This document shows, in pieces, positions 58,120 to 64,000 of a DNA stretch of 64,000 bases. How positions within the stretch are numbered: the stretch's first letter is position 1; each line of letters begins with the position of its first letter. The notes beneath the pieces were generated by a model. The model searched no databases. It saw only the letters and a list, made by a program, of their open reading frames with translations, and had not been told where the DNA came from. The DNA comes from Patescibacteria group bacterium (GTDB lineage: Bacteria > Patescibacteriota > Patescibacteriia > JACQRZ01): contig JBBTRI010000004.1 of the NCBI GenBank assembly GCA_038065255.1, forward strand, positions 15,080 through 79,079, in the 5' to 3' direction. Position numbers and translations under genes: made by a program.

Positions 58120-59460
58120 TTAGGAGGTTGTGAGTTGTTTGGTTGCAAGGTATTCGTCTGCCTTAGCAATCCATTCAGTGAATACGGCACGGCGCTGGTC
58201 ATCTTGAGAAAGTACTTTGGTGAGTGTATTCTGGCAGATAAAGTGGATTTCCTGTGCACTCCTGTCCATATCTTGCCCAAATACTTCGAGTATATTAAGT
58301 GAAGATCGCACATACCGATCGACATGACTTTCGAGCGTTTGTTGCGCTTCGCGTGTACGGCTCTGATTATCAAGCAAATCTCGTTCTGATGCGGCTTTCT
58401 GGTCGTCCAGATTACGGAGTTGATCACGAAGTTCGCTCATCTTACTTTCGATATCTCTGCGCTGAGAAGCAGTCTGTTCTTCCATGACGAGAGCTGCCTC
58501 AATATCATCATGTGCTGTTTCAACAGCGCCCGTCTGATCAATCAAACCAATCACAAGTGTATGGAGATGCTCAACGGCGAGATGAGAAATCACATCGGTA
58601 AATCTATCGCGTTGCTCCATTGAAGCCTGTAGATCTTTACGCGCCAATGCGAGTTGATTGTTCAGCGAAGCAACTTTCGCCTCACTCTCATTCTTTTGAG
58701 CTTCGGCGGTTAAGGCACTACTTGCAAGCTTTTCAAGAATATCTCCCCAATTTTGGATAAAACTCATTTCAAGCCTGCACAAATCAAATAGACCAGTTAA
58801 AGATTCGATAGATATCGGCGGGGAAACAACCTTCTTGCCGTTGTACCTCGATGTGATCTGAATATATCTACTATCTCTGCAAGGTTTGATAGTCCCGACC
58901 AATAACCTGTGAGATATCGTACTAACGCCATTAAACACGTATATCTCCCCTTTTCCATTGGGGTCAAGAGGGATACTCCAGTATACATCCCGTGTTTTGC
59001 TGTCATTACTATGCGTTGGCTGATCCGAATTTGCTACTCGAATATCAGCTGTCTTTGAAAGTGTTGAGTGCCAAGCAACGCGGCCATAGCCTTTCGCTAC
59101 TTTCAGCTTCTTGAATTGAAACCAATTAAGGATACCTACTATAAAAGTCCCAATACTGAAGCTGACCGCAATGATTGGAAAATACTGATTCAAACCAAAT
59201 TGCATCGCTCCAAATAGTCCAAGTGCAATCACAGCCGCTCCGACAATCCATGGAAGGAAGAGGTGCCCAAATACTTCAAAGCGAGTGATGTTATCGGTGC
59301 GAATCATCCACAAACAGCCTGCGTTTATTTCACCGATAAACCTCTGTCGATCACATTTCTCCATCACATCAAGCATACTCATTGTCTTGACAAGGTCCTG
59401 TGTACTTTCATCAGAGTTCGTATTCATTGTTGTAATGTACGTCACCGGAAAACCTATCAT
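58120..59460 (-). CDS. hypothetical membrane protein with a long C-terminal coiled coil
   Basis: Two TM segments near residues 70-120, then a 250-aa heptad-rich region (ALTAEAQKNESEAKVASLNNQLALARKDLQ...). Confidence 0.4.
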   Translation of the reverse strand: MIGFPVTYITTMNTNSDESTQDLVKTMSMLDVMEKCDRQRFIGEINAGCLWMIRTDNITRFEVFGHLFLPWIVGAAVIALGLFGAMQFGLNQYFPIIAVSFSIGTFIVGILNWFQFKKLKVAKGYGRVAWHSTLSKTADIRVANSDQPTHSNDSKTRDVYWSIPLDPNGKGEIYVFNGVSTISHRLLVGTIKPCRDSRYIQITSRYNGKKVVSPPISIESLTGLFDLCRLEMSFIQNWGDILEKLASSALTAEAQKNESEAKVASLNNQLALARKDLQASMEQRDRFTDVISHLAVEHLHTLVIGLIDQTGAVETAHDDIEAALVMEEQTASQRRDIESKMSELRDQLRNLDDQKAASERDLLDNQSRTREAQQTLESHVDRYVRSSLNILEVFGQDMDRSAQEIHFICQNTLTKVLSQDDQRRAVFTEWIAKADEYLATKQLTTS

Positions 59461-59570
59461 GACTTCCTCTCTCTGTCAAGGAGGTATACTGCGCCCCAAA
59501 TTCACATCTCCTCTCGGTGCGATACATGAGTGAGCGTAATTCACGCAACTCCTGATATCTTTTTGTCTTT

Positions 59571-59846
59571 TTGTCTATACTTTGTTATGATTTCTATTAT
59601 ATGAAATCACGTCAAAAACATATCTATCACTTTCCTGTTATTATTGAAAAAGATGAGCATGGCTATTATGTAGGGAAAGTCCCTTCGCTGAAAAGCTGCT
59701 ATACTCAAGCAAAGACACTGCCGGAACTCTATAAAAGACTTCATGAGGTTATTGAGCTCTGTATTGAAGTTGAGCAAAAATTATTCAAAGAACCTATTTC
59801 TCAAAATGAATTTATCGGCGTGCATCAACTTGAATTCCGCGCATAG
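59571..59846 (+). CDS. hicB: HicB-family antitoxin
   Basis: YHFPVIIEKDEHGYYVGKVPSLKSCYTQAKTLPELYKRLHEVIELCIE matches the HicB/UPF0150 fold signature. Confidence 0.6.
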   Translation: MSILCYDFYYMKSRQKHIYHFPVIIEKDEHGYYVGKVPSLKSCYTQAKTLPELYKRLHEVIELCIEVEQKLFKEPISQNEFIGVHQLEFRA

Positions 59847-59851
59847 CACCT

Positions 59852-60088
59852 ATGCCGCCCTTTGTTCCCATTTCTGCTAAGCGCATGGTAAAAATACTGG
59901 TTCATTTAGGCTTTGAAAATATTCGAATCAAAGGAAGTCATCATTTTTTTCTCAATCCTATTTCAGGAAAAACAACAACGATTCCCATTCATGGGAACGA
60001 ATCCTTGAGTATAGGTATACTAAAAGAAATTCTTCGAGATATTGAAATCTCGAGAGAAGAATATGAAAAATTACGGAGAATGGTATAA
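59852..60088 (+). CDS. hicA: HicA-family mRNA interferase toxin
   Basis: SAKRMVKILVHLGFENIRIKGSHHFF (GSHH motif), at 78 aa and 5 bp after hicB. Confidence 0.65.
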   Translation: MPPFVPISAKRMVKILVHLGFENIRIKGSHHFFLNPISGKTTTIPIHGNESLSIGILKEILRDIEISREEYEKLRRMV

Positions 60089-60126
60089 AAAACCATTGGA
60101 TTACTCCAATGGTTCGGTTCTGACAA

Positions 60127-60969
60127 CTACTCAGTGAGGCGGCGTGCTGTGCGGCCTTGGGCGTAGTCGTCTGTTTCGGAGCGCGCCTCTTGAATGGCGG
60201 CGCTGTTCTGCTCGATGCGCGACACGAGCATATGCAGCTGTGCCATAATCTCATCGCGCTTGTAGCTGTCTGTCGTAGCTACGGCGAGATCCGCTTCGAG
60301 ATGGCACAGTGTGTCGAGCGCTTCCTTGATGTCTACTTCATTTCTTTGCAGGCGTATCACGAGACCCTCGATGTTTTGAGCAGTTCTACGGGCATTCGCC
60401 TTCTCGAAGTCTTGACGATCCGGCTTCTGCCACTCAACTTGCTTCAAGACATGTTGCACGCGTTTGACTGCTTTGCGCAGATCTTGGCGTTCGCGCAACA
60501 GATTGGGGATATGGCTGTTTCCGAGCGAGTTGACTGATGTGCGAATGTCATGCCACTCGAACTCGGGTGCGATTCCCACCAGCAGCTTCGTCTGCCTGCG
60601 TGCATAGCCAAGGATCACACGATCGCTGGTCTTGATGCTAGCAACGAGCTTCTCAAATTGCTCCTTTGCAAGCATGGCTGCCTCGAGCACAAAATTTTCC
60701 ACTTCATTGGGATGAGTTACCCAATAAGTAATTCCAGCGATGAACGCGAGTATGGCAGCGATGGGCAGCCAGTAGATTGCGATAAAAGAAGTGACCGCGT
60801 TTATGATAGCGCCTATCAACCAACCGATACCGTAAAATAGCGCGCCACCACAAATCCCTATAGATATCGTAGTAATGCATCGTATAACATCAGAAGATTC
60901 TCTCTCAGTAGCACTCCACCCTGCTAAAACCCCTATTGCTATGCCAATGATTACAAATACTTCAAGCAT
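60127..60969 (-). CDS. hypothetical membrane protein with a cytoplasmic coiled-coil domain; locally GC-rich
   Basis: Three or four N-terminal TM segments, and a C-terminal A/R/E/L/Q-rich helical domain. The region 60130-60700 is visibly more GC-rich than its surroundings. Confidence 0.4.
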   Translation of the reverse strand: MLEVFVIIGIAIGVLAGWSATERESSDVIRCITTISIGICGGALFYGIGWLIGAIINAVTSFIAIYWLPIAAILAFIAGITYWVTHPNEVENFVLEAAMLAKEQFEKLVASIKTSDRVILGYARRQTKLLVGIAPEFEWHDIRTSVNSLGNSHIPNLLRERQDLRKAVKRVQHVLKQVEWQKPDRQDFEKANARRTAQNIEGLVIRLQRNEVDIKEALDTLCHLEADLAVATTDSYKRDEIMAQLHMLVSRIEQNSAAIQEARSETDDYAQGRTARRLTE

Positions 60970-61069
60970 TGGTTACCTCAATGTACATAGAACTACTTAT
61001 AGCACAAAAACGCCCTTTTGTCAAGAGGGATATGCTATAAATACTTATGGTTATAATACAAAAAGCTCT

Positions 61070-61480
61070 TTACGTCATTACATGAATGCCATTCCGTTTA
61101 TAATCCCGATCAAAACTCAAGATGCCGGAAAAAGAATATGACTGCAGTAAGGAAATATTAACAACATCCACGAAACTTGTATTTTTTGAACGCTGCTTTT
61201 TGAACAGGTGTTGTGCAATAGAAAAGACATCTTCATTAATATACAAAAGAGTTGCGCCCTGTTCACCAATATCATCCATGAAATAACGCGCAGTTTCTCT
61301 CGATACTCGTTGGGAAAGAATCGTTACCGTTTCGGCATAGACAAACGATGAAAGAAAAACATGAAGTACGGAATCGTTCGCTAATGAAGCTATAATGTTT
61401 TCTGCACGATTGTGATTGGTATCGCTCTTGCTGTACAATGCTATCCAGAAATCAGAATCAACAAGAACGCTATGCTCCAT
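61070..61480 (-). CDS. PIN-domain toxin (VapC-like)
   Basis: The ATG at 61480 gives MEHSVLVDSDFWIALYSKSD... (conserved Asp) and a C-terminal FDRDYKRNG. It overlaps the antitoxin stop by 11 bp. Confidence 0.6.
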   Translation of the reverse strand: MEHSVLVDSDFWIALYSKSDTNHNRAENIIASLANDSVLHVFLSSFVYAETVTILSQRVSRETARYFMDDIGEQGATLLYINEDVFSIAQHLFKKQRSKNTSFVDVVNISLLQSYSFSGILSFDRDYKRNGIHVMT

Positions 61481-61718
61481 AGAGATAGTGATCATGCCGA
61501 GAAGAGAGATCTTTATGCGCTCCCTTTTTCGCATGAGTTTTTACGGCACGCAAAAAACCGGGAACATTAAACGATTTCTTTTTTTTCTCCTGAGCTTCTC
61601 TTGCACGAATCAACTCTCGAAAAAGCTCACTCGTACTGGCATATCCTCCGCTAGATACCAGAGTATTGACAGTCTTGATCGTTTGAGTAGGCAGGGAAAT
61701 AGTAAGAACTTTCCGCAT
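61470..61718 (-). CDS. ParD/RHH-like antitoxin
   Basis: SGGYASTSELFRELIRAREAQ resembles ParD/CopG antitoxins (GRYxxASEVIREALR), at 82 aa and immediately 5' of the PIN gene. Confidence 0.55.
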   Translation of the reverse strand: MRKVLTISLPTQTIKTVNTLVSSGGYASTSELFRELIRAREAQEKKKKSFNVPGFLRAVKTHAKKGAHKDLSSRHDHYLYGA

Positions 61719-61783
61719 AGATTAAAAGTAATATATAGTATGTATGATATTGTACTACAAATTCATACACTGTCAAGCTGCCG

Positions 61784-62788
61784 TTATTGAAAAATCTTCT
61801 TCCCTTCGTCCCAATATGACGAATCACCGTATTGCTTCATCCAGTACCACCATTCTTCGCCCCAGAGATAGACTTCGCGGAACCCGACATCGCGCGCAAA
61901 TTGAATCCGTGCACGCATTTTTTCAAGAGGAAAATAGTTTCGAGCTTCATCGACAGACATATCCTGCACCGCTTTTGGTCCCCATGGTTCTGCCTGAAGT
62001 TCTGTAAAAATAATATCCTTCTTCCATGGAGATACCAGCCATGCTTTGAATTGGTAGTATCCCGGCCTAATGGGAAACGGGATATGTCCAAGATAATCAT
62101 TCCATGCCTCCAAGTACAAACTCGATCCCAGTATATCGCCATACCACGCCATTGGAATCCATGGTGTCCATTCGCCCGAGTCTGTCACCACAATCGGCTT
62201 ATCCGAAAGTGAACGAACAAGGTCTAGTTCTTTTTGCAACGAATCCAAGCCGAGCCAATTGGGGCAATCACCAAACGGAAAAACAATTTCGTTTTCCACT
62301 TGCCATTTTTCTACTGCAGGATGATCCTTATAGCGCTCAACAACGGCACGCACAAGCTTCAAGAGTCGTTCTTCGATTTCTTTTTTTGGCAAGGCACGCA
62401 CCCATGCAGGATCGTGGCATTCAGGCCAGCGGGGCAGTTTCCTTCCCACGGCAAGGAGAACTTTGGCATCCCTTTTTGCAGCCTCATCAAGCTGAAAATC
62501 AAGGCTGTCAAAATTCATGGTATCGCGCTGTGCTTCGATTTCGCTCCAATAGGCATTCAAGCGAAATTTTCGCACGCTAAGATCATCCAGAAGCGCAAGA
62601 AATGTTTGCCGCCAGTCAAGCCCAAGGCTTGCAGCATAATCAGTACTAAATGTTACGCCGAATATGACAGCGGTTTCTTTTTTTGTTGCCGGAAGGTTGA
62701 GGACAACAAGAAATGCGGCACCCAAAACAACAAGTGTCGCTAAAACAATTTTGACGCCTGCCAGTATGCGCCCACCCTTCTTATCCAT
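61784..62788 (-). CDS. membrane-anchored putative glycoside hydrolase-like (TIM-barrel) protein
   Basis: The ATG at 62788 gives MDKKGGRILAGVKIVLATLVVLG (a TM anchor). A WQVENEI motif is reminiscent of the GH5-type NEP acid/base motif. The family assignment is weak. Confidence 0.3.
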   Translation of the reverse strand: MDKKGGRILAGVKIVLATLVVLGAAFLVVLNLPATKKETAVIFGVTFSTDYAASLGLDWRQTFLALLDDLSVRKFRLNAYWSEIEAQRDTMNFDSLDFQLDEAAKRDAKVLLAVGRKLPRWPECHDPAWVRALPKKEIEERLLKLVRAVVERYKDHPAVEKWQVENEIVFPFGDCPNWLGLDSLQKELDLVRSLSDKPIVVTDSGEWTPWIPMAWYGDILGSSLYLEAWNDYLGHIPFPIRPGYYQFKAWLVSPWKKDIIFTELQAEPWGPKAVQDMSVDEARNYFPLEKMRARIQFARDVGFREVYLWGEEWWYWMKQYGDSSYWDEGKKIFQ

Positions 62789-62790
62789 AC

Positions 62791-63078
62791 CTACAGAACG
62801 CTTGCCTTTTTCTTTGCGCTCTTCGCTGTCCGCTTTGGCAGAGGCGCTTCGTCCAATCCTCCATTCCCGAAAAAATGATGCATGTGTTCGCGAAACAGCT
62901 GCAAGCGATATGCCACGTGCAGCATGGCAAATGCAACGATCAAAAATAGCAGCGCCATGAGGAAGCGCCAAAGAAATTCACTGATGATTACCAAAAATCC
63001 CAGTACAAAACAGAGTAAACCAAATCCAAAAAAAGTATGGATTGTCGCGCCGAGCTTTTTTTCAAAGAATTGAAGCAT
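62791..63078 (-). CDS. hypothetical small membrane protein
   Basis: A 95-aa ORF with two hydrophobic helices, lying 2 bp upstream of the next gene. Confidence 0.25.
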   Translation of the reverse strand: MLQFFEKKLGATIHTFFGFGLLCFVLGFLVIISEFLWRFLMALLFLIVAFAMLHVAYRLQLFREHMHHFFGNGGLDEAPLPKRTAKSAKKKASVL

Positions 63079-63128
63079 ACATTATATACATTAGTGAGAT
63101 TATTATGAAGTCTTGTAATTCATAGAAA

Positions 63129-64000
63129 TCATACAGCCAGCAGTGTTTCCTTCCCGATATCCCCTTCATGATCCCTTCCCGCTATCACCCGTTCAATATT
63201 ATACGTACCCATAATCGGCGCCTCCATAAAACCGTTGAGTGCTGCACGAGCAAGCCAACCGCTATTCACCCATTCAAAGAGCCATTCATCCGTATAGCGT
63301 GGATCGTTTTGGGATATGCCACCGGCAACCGTTTTCAACCAAATGCGGTTGAAATCTTCCTGTGAGCCAATCGACGGTGCCATAATAATCGGAAGTCCCA
63401 ATGCAGTATAAAATGAGAGTTCTGAAGGCTTGGTCCATAATATATCCGTCTCGCGCAATGCCTTATTGAACACAGCAAAATAATCATTTTTTGTTTTTTC
63501 GTAGATTATGGTAAGGCCCGTACCAAGCATTTTTTTGAGTTTCAAATCTCGAATAAGTTCAGAATATTGGTCAAGTACCTCTTTGCGTGTGCCTGCCACA
63601 ACGTTAAGCTTGATTTCTTTGGAGAGAATTTTCTGCCTCAGACTCTCAAGAATATGAATGCCGATATCACTCTGAGCGCCGGCACCACCAACAGCAAACG
63701 TCAATGTAAGGGGGCGTTTGGGCTTGCGAACCGGCATGAATTTTTTGCCAATGTGGTAGTTGATAATATGTCCAAACTTATGCCGCGTGAGTTTCTGCGG
63801 ATCGAGCATCACAAGCCTCTCGCCAAGGTCTTTTTTGAGAAGCGCCATGGAGTGCCCTCCGATATTTTCCTTTGGCAAAGGAAATCCAGTAAAAAAGATA
63901 TTTTCTTCCTTGACGCCATAGAGTTTGAGGCGTTCCGCAACACGCTTATTGGGCGCCAAATATTTGATGCGACTTTTTTGAGGATTCTTCGGAACCCACG
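63129..64000 (-). CDS. GT-B fold glycosyltransferase (family 28 / MGDG-synthase-like C-terminal domain); 5' end beyond the window
   Basis: The frame stays open to position 64000 (...WVPKNPQKSRIKYLAPNKRVAERL...). The GT-B C-terminal-like segment reads LTFAVGGAGAQSDIGIHILESL...LGLPIIMAPSIGSQE. The track ORF start (TTG at 63959) is probably internal. Confidence 0.4.
   Translation of the reverse strand, partial: WVPKNPQKSRIKYLAPNKRVAERLKLYGVKEENIFFTGFPLPKENIGGHSMALLKKDLGERLVMLDPQKLTRHKFGHIINYHIGKKFMPVRKPKRPLTLTFAVGGAGAQSDIGIHILESLRQKILSKEIKLNVVAGTRKEVLDQYSELIRDLKLKKMLGTGLTIIYEKTKNDYFAVFNKALRETDILWTKPSELSFYTALGLPIIMAPSIGSQEDFNRIWLKTVAGGISQNDPRYTDEWLFEWVNSGWLARAALNGFMEAPIMGTYNIERVIAGRDHEGDIGKETLLAV

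Noticed and set aside
60127-60969. Treating the GC-rich 3' part of this gene as definite horizontal transfer
   Set aside because: The amino-acid composition (Ala, Arg, Glu, Leu and Gln in a coiled coil) could by itself raise GC. It is kept only as a flagged observation.

Overview
This is an AT-rich (about 40-45% GC by eye) bacterial chromosomal fragment, densely coded, with about 85% of genes on the minus strand. The gene content suggests a small-genome, possibly Patescibacteria/CPR-like organism, but that is inference only. It includes tandem short type IV pilins, a bacterial Elp3, many tight ATGA overlaps and near-leaderless promoters. Running from high to low coordinate on the minus strand, the window holds the following. 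A glycosyltransferase gene runs off the window end. A small PIN/ParD and HicBA toxin-antitoxin island flanks a GC-rich coiled-coil membrane protein. Next come xseA-xseB, LemA, a 1087-aa secreted protein with cysteine-pair repeats, a TPM-domain protein, a threonine-synthase-like PLP enzyme, divergently transcribed Elp3 and methyltransferase genes, and an unusual co-directional uvrB-X-uvrA-uvrC nucleotide-excision-repair cluster. A block of hypothetical genes carries a ParB-like protein and a sigma-70-like protein. MetRS, CvpA-like, TatD and an orphan receiver domain follow. The most notable region is an F1Fo ATP synthase operon (atpI-like, atpB, then an insertion, then atpEFHAGDC) that runs without any gap into a six-gene membrane complex. 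That complex resembles group-4 [NiFe]-hydrogenase / complex I (NuoB, NuoL, NuoH, HyfE-like, NuoN, fused NuoCD). Its large subunit has lost all four NiFe-ligating cysteines and its NuoB-like subunit has lost three of the four Fe-S cysteines (an 'Ehr'-type, redox-cofactor-less module). The same transcription unit is extended by a 365-aa unknown protein and a deoxyhypusine-synthase-like gene. Further along are a Phd/YefM-VapC pair and a 971-aa UvrD-type helicase fused to a Cas4/AddB-like Cys4 PD-(D/E)xK nuclease. A type IV pilus locus (PilC, four tandem pilin paralogs, prepilin peptidase, pseudopilin) is followed co-directionally by three glycosyltransferase genes. I recognised no rRNA, tRNA or CRISPR array.
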